Shown here in pieces: positions 45,962 through 53,679 of a stretch of 64,000 bases of DNA. The notes beneath the pieces are model-generated. The model saw only the letters and a program-made list of their open reading frames with translations, was not told the DNA's origin and made no database searches. This DNA comes from a virus, in the IMG/VR virus record IMGVR_UViG_3300015241_000002, positions 1 to 64,000 of that record; one strand, given 5' to 3'. Numbering within the stretch: position 1 is the first letter of the stretch; each line of letters opens with the position of its first letter. Both the position numbers and the translations under genes were made by a program.

Positions 45962-46016
45962 GTGCGGCCGCTATAGCGGATTGGTTAAGAGTAGGGTTCA
46001 AGTCCCTACCCGCACA
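45962..46016 (+). ncRNA. tRNA-like element 2 (acceptor, mini D-like hairpin and T-arm; anticodon arm missing)
   Basis: GTGCGG (45962-45967) pairs with CCGCAC (46010-46015). A CCGC-TATA-GCGG hairpin is present. AGCGGATTGGTTAAGAG resembles a D-loop sequence. The T-arm is TAGGG-TTCAAGT-CCCTA (45992-46008). The total length is only 55 nt. Confidence 0.35.
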
Positions 46017-46054
46017 CGTAATACAGCGAACCGATCGAAGAGGTGAAGTACACG

Positions 46055-46207
46055 ATGAGCAAGAAAGCACGGCGTAGATTGAAAGATCACACCCGTGGCC
46101 TAAATAGGCACTCCAAAGGTGCAAGCCAACTTGACAAGGAAGTGAGATTACGTCAAGAGCATGCGTTAAATAAAATAACAAAGCCAACGGATCAAAAGCC
46201 AATCTAA
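46055..46207 (+). CDS. small basic protein (50 aa)
   Basis: Translated by hand. GAGGTGAAGTACACG precedes the ATG. The product begins MSKKARRRLKDHTRGLNRHSKGASQ... Confidence 0.45.
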   Translation: MSKKARRRLKDHTRGLNRHSKGASQLDKEVRLRQEHALNKITKPTDQKPI

Positions 46208-46341
46208 CCCACATAAAGTTCGGGCGTCGCTGCTCGTGACTAACGTAACTGAATAGCTAAGTAGAGCTTTGTACTTGCCCCCTGTGGGGGTAGTTAATCG
46301 AAGCCCGAGGGCCGGTTTATAACTATAACAAAGGTAGAATT

Positions 46342-46503
46342 ATGAAGCGCCTTACAAAAGATCTCACCAACCCGCATAAGTATGGTAAATCCAGCGGGGA
46401 CGCCAAGAAGGTTGGGGATAGTAAGACCAACTTCTCTCGCAAAACCGATGGCAAAAGTGGGTACAAGCACGGCTCATTTAGCAATCCACGGAAGCCTAAG
46501 TGA
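46342..46503 (+). CDS. small basic protein (53 aa)
   Basis: Translated by hand. AAGGTAG lies upstream. The product is MKRLTKDLTNPHKYGKSSGDAKKVGDSKTNFSRKTDGKSGYKHGSFSNPRKPK. Confidence 0.4.
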   Translation: MKRLTKDLTNPHKYGKSSGDAKKVGDSKTNFSRKTDGKSGYKHGSFSNPRKPK

Positions 46504-46533
46504 CAAATTGGAAAAAAGAAGGTGAAATAACTA

Positions 46534-46731
46534 ATGAGCGTAGCGCGTAAGGACTTTGTAGGAATTGCGAATGCGATCAATATAGAAGCTAATCGTGAGC
46601 ACAATTCCGCGAATGACAGCCCATCTCAAGTACTGACTCGCGTAGTAAATCTCATTGGAGACTACCTCGCCACTCAGAACAAGAATTTCAATATGTCTAC
46701 GTTTGAATGGGAATGTTTTCGCGATAAGTGA
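46534..46731 (+). CDS. hypothetical protein
   Basis: 65-aa ORF with GAAGGTGAAATAACTA upstream of the ATG. Confidence 0.55.
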   Translation: MSVARKDFVGIANAINIEANREHNSANDSPSQVLTRVVNLIGDYLATQNKNFNMSTFEWECFRDK

Positions 46732-46740
46732 AAAGCACGT

Positions 46741-46822
46741 GGGGATGTGCTGGAATTGGTTTACAGAGTGCCCTTAAAAGGCATCGCCGAAAGGCTTACG
46801 GGTTCGAATCCCGTCATCCCTA
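46741..46822 (+). tRNA. tRNA-Leu(UAA): tRNA-Leu, anticodon UAA (type II, long variable arm)
   Basis: Cloverleaf folded by hand. The acceptor is GGGGATG/CATCCCT (G1-U72 wobble). The D-arm is CTG-GAATTGGTTTA-CAG. The anticodon arm is GTGCC-CTTAAAA-GGCAT. The variable arm contains GCC-GAAA-GGC. The T-arm is ACGGG-TTCGAAT-CCCGT. CCA is not encoded. Confidence 0.85.
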
Positions 46823-47127
46823 CTGTAGGAAGCAATTAGGTACCTAAGAGAGCGACAGCTAGACCCTACAAAGCTCTAGTGCTTCCGTTGTAGGCTAGTA
46901 AGGTAGTACATACCTGGAAATAACAATAGCTTCCCTGGCTTATTTATAGGTTGGGCAGTCAGGGCAGGGAGCGCGGCTTGGAAAAGTTGCCATGAAAGTT
47001 TGTGGAAAAGCCAGGCTACAGCGATTGCAAAGCATCGTAACGCGCACGAGCTAAGCGTAGGTAGCTACTGTGGTTACTATTTTTTATTATAGGCTACGGT
47101 AAGCTCTTAGCTTGGAGCAAACCCGTT

Positions 47128-47196
47128 CGCTACAGGGAGTTGAAAGTCTCTTACCTACTTTGACTTTCATAATGTTAGGTGATCCTACCTGTAGCG
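47128..47196 (+). other. nested inverted repeats (possible structured RNA or 5' leader) upstream of gene 47244
   Basis: The outer stem is CGCTACAGG (47128-47136) and CCTGTAGCG (47188-47196). The inner stem is TGAAAGTC (47141-47148) and GACTTTCA (47162-47169). The loop sequence ACCTA could pair with TAGGT at 47176-47180. Confidence 0.4.
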
Positions 47197-47243
47197 GGCG
47201 GGCCCAAAGCTTTTTATAAACTATAGAAGAGAGGTGAAAGTAA

Positions 47244-47723
47244 ATGTCACTTAACAAGGTGGAAATTGAAGTTAATTGGAACTCGCCTGTTCTGTATGGA
47301 ATTGGTGTTGATACATATAGAGGTCCTAACCTGGAACGTATTGATGCGGCCCTAGAGGCTATTGACGCATCGCCCGAAAATTGGAATCAAGAGGATTGGG
47401 CAATTCGGGGTAGTGAGGATAGTATACCTAACCTACCAGAGATAGTAGTCGAGCCGGTACCACATTGTGGAACGGCTATGTGCTTAGCTGGCCATGTGGT
47501 AACTCAAGCGGGATATTATCTTTTGTTTGAAAAGGGCCTAGCAAATACCAATGTTGCAGTCGATTCTAGTGGCCAACGGTATTACATAGATCAGTTAGCG
47601 GAGGGTATATTAAATATAACGCATGATCAAGCCGAAGCTTTATTCGAGTACAGAAATACTCGTGATGGATTGGCGTGGGTCCGTGGTCAAATTGCCAATG
47701 GCTCTCGTCATCCATCGATTTGA
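47244..47723 (+). CDS. hypothetical protein
   Basis: 159-aa ORF with GAGAGGTGAAAGTAA upstream. It contains a HCGTAMCLAGH motif. Confidence 0.6.
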   Translation: MSLNKVEIEVNWNSPVLYGIGVDTYRGPNLERIDAALEAIDASPENWNQEDWAIRGSEDSIPNLPEIVVEPVPHCGTAMCLAGHVVTQAGYYLLFEKGLANTNVAVDSSGQRYYIDQLAEGILNITHDQAEALFEYRNTRDGLAWVRGQIANGSRHPSI

Positions 47724-47733
47724 GGTGAAATAA

Positions 47734-48306
47734 ATGTATAATGGTTTAGGCTTGCCTAAGGCAGCTGGACATCCTGGGCGCGGAGTAACCGTGTTTGACG
47801 CGAAGCAATTTGCAGAGATGTTAGCACATGACTTGTGTGCCGAATCTGACTGTCTCATGTGGGCAGATGCAGCCTCTGTACCGTTGCGTGGCCGTGTCAT
47901 TGCAAGCACCAATAGCAAAGCTAAAGACATCTACCCAGAGTACCTACAGAAGTACTGTTTTACATGTGCTTTCTGGTATCAGATGTTGGAAACGGCCAAT
48001 GAAGGCACACTGATTGTGGAGACTACTAGAGTACCGTACGATTCAAATGGATTGGATCTTTGCAGATACCAGTTCGACCCTAAGAATCCTATCGTGAAAG
48101 ATAAACGAAATTTCTTAGGGTTTGGCGGCTCAGTATTTAATATCAAGTTCCAAGATGGCCGTATGAATAGTGAAATTAGAACGAACAATCTTTGGCATCA
48201 AGGAACAGTGCCTGATCATTTGCGTGACAGGTTCAAAGTAAATGCAGTGTTTGTTGATTCTTTCAATCCTGCTAGTGGACTTGACCTTGCTAGAGGAGGT
48301 GCGTAA
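47734..48306 (+). CDS. hypothetical protein
   Basis: 190-aa ORF with GAGGTGAAATAA upstream. No motif recognised. Confidence 0.6.
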   Translation: MYNGLGLPKAAGHPGRGVTVFDAKQFAEMLAHDLCAESDCLMWADAASVPLRGRVIASTNSKAKDIYPEYLQKYCFTCAFWYQMLETANEGTLIVETTRVPYDSNGLDLCRYQFDPKNPIVKDKRNFLGFGGSVFNIKFQDGRMNSEIRTNNLWHQGTVPDHLRDRFKVNAVFVDSFNPASGLDLARGGA

Positions 48307-48310
48307 TAAG

Positions 48311-48652
48311 GTGACTGAGCTAGACCAGGAAGAGATTTACGATCGTATGCAGAAATACTGGATAGAGGCTGACGATTTTCACAGGACTGCCGCCATGTCT
48401 CATCTAGCCTTACCAGAAGTAAATGCAGTCGTTGACCATGCGCTACTTATGATGGACAACATTGTATTGCAAGCGGCTAGTGTATACTCCACAGGAGAGG
48501 ATTCGTTAGTAGGCGCCATGCAACAGTTTGAAAACAAAAAGGCTAGCCTGTTAATACACATCTTCTTGGCAGCTTATAACATGGGTATAGCAGGTGATCC
48601 TCTAATAAAGGTGCCTGCAGGTTGTGCACATAACCATGGAATAGAAAACTAA
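48311..48652 (+). CDS. hypothetical protein
   Basis: I prefer the GTG at 48311, which is preceded by AGAGGAGGTG, to the upstream track start that overlaps the previous gene. The product is 113 aa. Confidence 0.5.
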   Translation: MTELDQEEIYDRMQKYWIEADDFHRTAAMSHLALPEVNAVVDHALLMMDNIVLQAASVYSTGEDSLVGAMQQFENKKASLLIHIFLAAYNMGIAGDPLIKVPAGCAHNHGIEN

Positions 48653-48804
48653 TGCACCTAATTAGATGGTGGATACGTAAACATCCAAAGTTGCGTGCAC
48701 GAATTCTGACTCGTATTATTGAATCTAAACTGAACGATCAAAGACTATCTCCAATGGAGATTCGCACGAGATACAACAATTACATTGACCGTGGTATTAA
48801 ATAG
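48652..48804 (+). CDS. hypothetical protein (50 aa)
   Basis: Translated by hand. It has a TAATG junction with the upstream stop. Confidence 0.4.
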   Translation: MHLIRWWIRKHPKLRARILTRIIESKLNDQRLSPMEIRTRYNNYIDRGIK

Positions 48805-48822
48805 TTTTGGAGGATATTTAAA

Positions 48823-48948
48823 ATGGTTTGGGTTTGTAAGTCGTGTGGTATCTTGTGGACTCGTACACGATCTTTGAAAAGATACTACAGGAATGCCGTT
48901 CCTAATGGAACTTGCCCAGATTGTATTAAGGTTGGAAAGGGAGGGTGA
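48823..48948 (+). CDS. Zn-ribbon mini-protein (41 aa)
   Basis: Translated by hand. GGAGGA lies upstream. The product has CKSCG...CPDC. Its stop directly precedes the next ATG. Confidence 0.4.
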   Translation: MVWVCKSCGILWTRTRSLKRYYRNAVPNGTCPDCIKVGKGG

Positions 48949-49155
48949 ATGGCAAGAGCAAAGAAAGACATAAATTCAAACGATGTTTTCATTACAGTTG
49001 ATGGGCATGAAGTAACCATTGGATACATTGGTAATTTAATGTTCTCAGGTAAGTGTGAATGTGGAGTAATTAAGGTTAGCCCGACGCACTTAGGTATTAG
49101 GCAACACGTACATCGTGAACATCTTAAGCAATTAATTTTACCAGAGACGGTTTAG
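48949..49155 (+). CDS. hypothetical protein
   Basis: 68-aa ORF with GGGAGGGTGA upstream. Confidence 0.55.
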   Translation: MARAKKDINSNDVFITVDGHEVTIGYIGNLMFSGKCECGVIKVSPTHLGIRQHVHREHLKQLILPETV

Positions 49156-49161
49156 TAGTAC

Positions 49162-49235
49162 GGGGGTATAGCTCAGCGGATTAGAGCGAGACTCTTCTAA
49201 AGTCTAGGTCGGGAGTTCGAATCTCCCTACCCCCG
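49162..49235 (+). tRNA. tRNA-Arg(UCU): tRNA-Arg, anticodon UCU
   Basis: Cloverleaf folded by hand. The acceptor is GGGGGTA/TACCCCC. The D-arm is GCTC-AGCGGATTA-GAGC. The anticodon arm is AGACT-CTTCTAA-AGTCT. The variable loop is AGGTC. The T-arm is GGGAG-TTCGAAT-CTCCC. Confidence 0.9.
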
Positions 49236-49276
49236 CGTAACTATTTAAATAAAAACTAAGAGAAAGAAGGTGAACA

Positions 49277-49654
49277 GTGAAGCAAGCTATTAAAAGACTT
49301 TGGATAGATGCACTAAGGTCTGGTGAATACGAGCAAGGGCATAGAGTGCTAGTGCTAGCAACAGCAGGTGTGGATAGAAAGTATTGCTGTCTAGGAGTGC
49401 TTTGCCAGCTTGCAGTAAACAATAGAGTTCCTATCGACGTTACGGTGGAATACTCCACAGTTGTTGGAGATGATGTTTTAGCTTACGATGGAGTTAGATT
49501 TAATCTGCCAGAAAGTGTTATCGAATGGGCAGGATTGGGCAGTGATAACCCGAGTGTGTCAACCATGGATGGCAGTGGAACTACTTTGGCAGATATGAAC
49601 GACAATGGAGCCTCATTTAATCAAATCGCACTTGAAATCGAGGAGCATTTATAA
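49277..49654 (+). CDS. hypothetical protein
   Basis: 125-aa ORF with a GTG start preceded by AGAAGGTGAACA. It contains a YCCLGVLC motif. Confidence 0.55.
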   Translation: MKQAIKRLWIDALRSGEYEQGHRVLVLATAGVDRKYCCLGVLCQLAVNNRVPIDVTVEYSTVVGDDVLAYDGVRFNLPESVIEWAGLGSDNPSVSTMDGSGTTLADMNDNGASFNQIALEIEEHL

Positions 49655-49756
49655 AATTCGCCAAAAGGTGACGGGCTAGTTAGGATCAAACTTAACTAGC
49701 TCACGTTGCAGCAATTAAGCTGTGCAAAGAAATATAAGTAAAGGAGGTAAGAAGCT

Positions 49757-50836
49757 ATGAGCCAAGAGACTGTAGCATGGCTCCACAATAACTGTCTGAT
49801 TGGATTTGCAAACAAGCGCGGCAGTGCGTGGTGGTCATCTAGAGGGCTGGATTCTGTTGACGATAACGGAGAGCCTATGCATTACAATGGACCTGTTCCA
49901 TTGGACGACGTAATTCGTCGACTGCCGGCTTTTAATGTTGAAGCTATTTCAGTTCCTGTGACTGCAGTGTATGAGGACGCCGATGGTAACGAGGTTACTT
50001 TGACGGACTCTTCACGACAGGTTATTGTGCGCCCAGATACACAGCACATCCTAGGCGTATTCAAGGATGGCTACGTGGTGCATCAGTATCAAGAGTGGTT
50101 AATCGGATTGGCTAGTAAGTTGCTGGATACTTCAACTAGTGACTTGGGTATTGCCAACGTAGTTACCTTAAAGAATGGTGCTGTTGCGGCAGTGCAATTC
50201 GAGGTGCCGGATACTGTGACGACAAAGCATGGCCTAGAAATTAGACCGTCTTTGCTTATCGTCTCTAGTATGGACGGATCACTGGCAACCATTCCTAAGC
50301 GAGTCGTAACCAACATGGTGTGTGACAACACTATGAAGGCTGGCTTATCTGAAAAGGGCCCGGAAGCTAGAGTCAAGCACACTCGTAATTCTCTCGACAA
50401 ACTCGACGCTATGAGAGCCAAGCTTGAACTGGAATTCATTGCGGACGAGGTTTCAGAGGAATTCAATCGTCTTTGCGAGACTAAGGTTACTGGATTGCAG
50501 TTCAAGCAATTCTTGACTGAGTACCGTATGGCTGAAAACTCAAAAGGATTAGATCCCATGGCGCCCGACGCCGAGGATGGCAGAGCTAAGACTCTTGCTG
50601 AGAATAAGCAAGACAAGCTCATGAGCATGTGGCTTAGTGACGATCGTGTCAGCCCGTGGGCAGGAACGGCTTTTGGTGTGCTACAGTTGACGAATACCTA
50701 CTTGCAGCAGGTGGCACCCACTAACAAGGGGACCATTCGTTACGAGAGAAATGTGCTTGATGCCGCGAGTGGTAAGATCGAGAAATCCGACAAACTCACT
50801 CTAGAAATTCTCGAAAAGGTTTTGGCGGCAGCGTAA
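49757..50836 (+). CDS. DUF932-like protein (phage/plasmid-like protein)
   Basis: 359 aa with AAGGAGG upstream. Its size and N-terminal pattern resemble the DUF932 family common in actinophages. The call is made from memory and is moderately confident. Confidence 0.5.
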   Translation: MSQETVAWLHNNCLIGFANKRGSAWWSSRGLDSVDDNGEPMHYNGPVPLDDVIRRLPAFNVEAISVPVTAVYEDADGNEVTLTDSSRQVIVRPDTQHILGVFKDGYVVHQYQEWLIGLASKLLDTSTSDLGIANVVTLKNGAVAAVQFEVPDTVTTKHGLEIRPSLLIVSSMDGSLATIPKRVVTNMVCDNTMKAGLSEKGPEARVKHTRNSLDKLDAMRAKLELEFIADEVSEEFNRLCETKVTGLQFKQFLTEYRMAENSKGLDPMAPDAEDGRAKTLAENKQDKLMSMWLSDDRVSPWAGTAFGVLQLTNTYLQQVAPTNKGTIRYERNVLDAASGKIEKSDKLTLEILEKVLAAA

Positions 50837-51009
50837 TGGCTAGACACAGTAAGAAGTCCACTACAAAGTCTACAGGCAATCCTGTTGGGGCAAAAGGAAC
50901 ACATCCCGTATCAACTAGACTTGGGATTAGGCAGGATCAAATGCCTACTGACAGGCCGAATGAAGGGTTACACGCCATAAAGCCAGGATCACAGAATCGT
51001 AAGAAGTAA
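50836..51009 (+). CDS. small basic protein (57 aa)
   Basis: Translated by hand. It has a TAATG junction. The product is MARHSKKSTTKSTGNPVGAKGTHPVS...GSQNRKK. Confidence 0.45.
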   Translation: MARHSKKSTTKSTGNPVGAKGTHPVSTRLGIRQDQMPTDRPNEGLHAIKPGSQNRKK

Positions 51010-51261
51010 ATGGGTAAATATATAGAGTACTCAGTATGGTGGCGTTTTAGTGACGACCATGATCCGGATCATTGGAAACAAATAGGCAAGCCAACTAAAG
51101 ACTTGGAAGTTTTGCGGGAGATATTCATTCCAGATGGAGTACCAATTGGTATAGCCTGGAATGAAGACGATAAGAATTTCAAAATAATGCAGCGCACGGT
51201 ATCCACTAGCGAGTGGAGAAATCAAGATGCAGGTACGTCAGGCTTTAGGCGGTATGCATGA
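51010..51261 (+). CDS. hypothetical protein
   Basis: 83-aa ORF that directly abuts the upstream stop. Confidence 0.55.
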   Translation: MGKYIEYSVWWRFSDDHDPDHWKQIGKPTKDLEVLREIFIPDGVPIGIAWNEDDKNFKIMQRTVSTSEWRNQDAGTSGFRRYA

Positions 51262-51422
51262 TAACTACAATTCATTTATGTTTAGTACATGGTGAGCAAA
51301 AGCCTGATAGAGACTGGTTACCTAACTATTGCCAGGTCATTATAGGAACTGATGTAGTAGGTACCAACACTCCAGACATTATTTGTGGCAGACCACTATA
51401 TGAGAAAAAGGAGGTGAAATAA
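51258..51422 (+). CDS. hypothetical protein (54 aa)
   Basis: Translated by hand. It has an ATGA overlap upstream, and its stop abuts the next ATG. Confidence 0.4.
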   Translation: MITTIHLCLVHGEQKPDRDWLPNYCQVIIGTDVVGTNTPDIICGRPLYEKKEVK

Positions 51423-51668
51423 ATGATTACTAAGTCCATCGTAGTTGGTGCGTTTTTGGCGGTCGGAATTGTTGGTGGTGTTGCTAGTGCCACTTCAATT
51501 CACAGTCATAGCCAGGTCAAGCACCCAATGGTGAAGGTAGTTAAGTTAGCTCCGGCTATGCCTAGGATGTCTAACGAGATTACTGTGCCCGTGAGAACTG
51601 CAGGATGTCCTCAAGTACTGTGCCCGACAACTCCAGGTCAGGTTAGTACGGGCCCTCCGCTTCCGTAA
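51423..51668 (+). CDS. secreted or membrane-anchored protein
   Basis: 81 aa with GGAGGTGAAATAA upstream. The N-terminal helix is hydrophobic (IVVGAFLAVGIVGGVASA). Confidence 0.55.
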   Translation: MITKSIVVGAFLAVGIVGGVASATSIHSHSQVKHPMVKVVKLAPAMPRMSNEITVPVRTAGCPQVLCPTTPGQVSTGPPLP

Positions 51669-51781
51669 TAATTGCTGTAGGTTGGCCCATATATTGTGTG
51701 ACTAAACATACGGTATGTGGGTCTTTCCTATAGTTATTATTCAGCAAGGTTTTAAATAGAAACTTAAATAGAAAGGAAGTT

Positions 51782-52012
51782 ATGTCAAATCTTGGTGCAA
51801 TAAATGTATTAATAGAAACTGCCCAAAAAGTAGATACTACTGTGGAAGAACTAACAAAGCGTATACAAAGACACTACCCTGCTACAACTCTATTTGAGCA
51901 AGGTTTAGTATCAGCTTGGGTGCAAGCAATTAGTTTACTTACGGGAATCACGTTCCATGAAGTATACATACAGACTTATAAACCGCTAAAACTAGAATCC
52001 AAGCAAGTCTGA
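51782..52012 (+). CDS. hypothetical protein
   Basis: 76-aa ORF with AAAGGAAG upstream. Confidence 0.55.
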   Translation: MSNLGAINVLIETAQKVDTTVEELTKRIQRHYPATTLFEQGLVSAWVQAISLLTGITFHEVYIQTYKPLKLESKQV

Positions 52013-52159
52013 GGCTAGAGATCAACTAGCTTCCATCTGAGAAGAGGTCAAACTTTTTTCAGATACGCCATTGCCATTGCGGCCCGACAGGAGTACAGTT
52101 TCTCTATGGAAGGCCGAGAGGCGGCCAACACAAATCGAGAAAATTAGGAGAATCACACC

Positions 52160-52951
52160 ATGGCACGAAGAGATCAGGGAAACACCGCAGTCGCTGAGCC
52201 GGATGAGGTTGACACCGCGACGGCGTCAGATGAGGCCGCGCTGGCCGATTCAGAGGTAGAGGACATCGCCGGTACGCCAGTAGAGGCCGAAGCCGAGACT
52301 GTAGATCTAACTGGATTCTGGAGCGCTATTGACGCGCTTGATAAGGAGACTCCGGATTATTCTACCGTTAAGGCCGAGTACGATGTTCTTTCTCGCAAGG
52401 GAAAGATGCAGGCTAGTACTGGTATTCGTACGAAGCTTATGGCGGAGGTTGAGAACGATAACTACGAAGCGGCTCGTTCGCTTTCAAAGGTTAAGAAGTA
52501 CTTTGCAAGTCTTACCCCGTCTACTTCTACTGAGACGGCTGATCCTACGGTCGAGCTTGTCAATCGAATTGCTGCATTGAGAATTGTTAGTGCGCAGCTT
52601 TCCGAGGGACAGGATGCTTTGGAAGAGCGCATTGTGGCAGCAGTTACTAGTCCGGATGAAAAGGTTCAGGCCGCTGTTACTAAGTTGCTGGAGATTCGTG
52701 CGGCTCGTAAGCCGCGTGAGCCTGGCAGTGTTCGTCACAACGTGGGTAACCACATCGTTCAGGTGTTTGCTAACGTTGCTAGTGGGGAGTTCCTGGATTA
52801 CAAGGCTATTGGCGAGGCCACGTCTGATGAGTATGACGGTAAGACGTCCACTCCGTCAGCTGTCAAGGCTAAGTTGGAGTCGGGTAAGTTTGCCGAGGAT
52901 GGTCTCAGTGTCGAGACTGTGGGTGGTAAGGTTGGGGTCCGCAAGTCGTAA
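52160..52951 (+). CDS. hypothetical protein with acidic N-terminus
   Basis: 263-aa ORF with AGGAGAA upstream. It lies in a distinctly GC-rich patch. No motif recognised. Confidence 0.6.
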   Translation: MARRDQGNTAVAEPDEVDTATASDEAALADSEVEDIAGTPVEAEAETVDLTGFWSAIDALDKETPDYSTVKAEYDVLSRKGKMQASTGIRTKLMAEVENDNYEAARSLSKVKKYFASLTPSTSTETADPTVELVNRIAALRIVSAQLSEGQDALEERIVAAVTSPDEKVQAAVTKLLEIRAARKPREPGSVRHNVGNHIVQVFANVASGEFLDYKAIGEATSDEYDGKTSTPSAVKAKLESGKFAEDGLSVETVGGKVGVRKS

Positions 52952-53177
52952 GTAGCTATAAAAGTTAGATATAACTAAACAGCATTTGGGTGCGGCACCT
53001 TTGCACGGATCCCCCGATACGTAGCTCTAGGTACAAAAAGCGGTAACGCTGGCCGTAACAAAGTCTAAAGCTTTTAACTTTGGGTCGCACTCGCTAAAGG
53101 TTAAACCAACCGCCCCACAGGGCAAAGAAAAACCAGTAACCAAGTCACTAAACCGAAGGGAGTCGGAGGTGTTGAAG

Positions 53178-53345
53178 ATGACTATAGATGGTAACATCCA
53201 GATAGAAGCTGAGGCTTTGTACGACGCTTATAACCTAACGTCGGATGAGCTGGAGCGTACTTTTATCATGCAGAAGATCGAAGCTCTTTACGCCTCTGCT
53301 CGTAACGGTAGCAAGGTTAGAGAGCGCACCTTAGAACTAGTATAA
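53178..53345 (+). CDS. hypothetical protein (55 aa)
   Basis: Translated by hand. GGAGGTG lies upstream of the ATG. Confidence 0.45.
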   Translation: MTIDGNIQIEAEALYDAYNLTSDELERTFIMQKIEALYASARNGSKVRERTLELV

Positions 53346-53456
53346 CTGCAAATTCAAGTTTGGGCACCGACTATGGAGGAAGGTCGATGTCCATTCTTGT
53401 TTTAACAGTAAAATACATAACAGTTTAAATTAATTAAAAGGAGAAGGAATGAAGCC

Positions 53457-53651
53457 ATGAGTGGTGTAATGGTTAGACGTCCAGGTGAAACGCGCTGGAC
53501 CGAGATTTGGCATTTAGATGTGATGCATGAGTATCTAAAGGCTGGAAAGGATTTCGAGGTTCCTGTCCATTGGTCTAAAGATACAGGTATACAAGAGGTC
53601 TATCGCTACACTATAACTGGGAAAAGGTTAAACCCAAATACAAATATGTAA
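53457..53651 (+). CDS. hypothetical protein
   Basis: 64-aa ORF with AAAGGAGAAGG upstream. Confidence 0.55.
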   Translation: MSGVMVRRPGETRWTEIWHLDVMHEYLKAGKDFEVPVHWSKDTGIQEVYRYTITGKRLNPNTNM

Positions 53652-53679
53652 GATCAAAACTAATTAAAAGGATGGAAAC

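Noticed and set aside
45420-46016. A phage tmRNA, suggested by the T-arm plus acceptor-like 3' end at 45992-46016 and a short tag-like frame GWIESLELVEAA-stop at 45772-45810.
   Set aside because: The acceptor strands pair with nearby partners rather than across a 300-400 nt RNA. There is no G3:U70 alanine identity pair, no GGGGCUGA-type 5' end and no recognisable pseudoknot series. The tag does not end in the usual LAA/VAA context. I kept it only as unexplained tRNA-like elements.
45962-46016. The tRNA-like 3' fragments as attP cores for integration into a host tRNA gene.
   Set aside because: I could find no integrase, excisionase or repressor-type gene anywhere in the 64-kb window. The elements also carry their own matching 5' acceptor strands, which an attP core would not need. 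The possibility cannot be excluded if an integrase lies outside the window.
50089-50628. A 179-aa - strand ORF opposite the DUF932-like gene.
   Set aside because: It is embedded antisense in a 359-aa gene that has a good ribosome-binding site. Its composition is Ser/Leu-rich, typical of a shadow frame.
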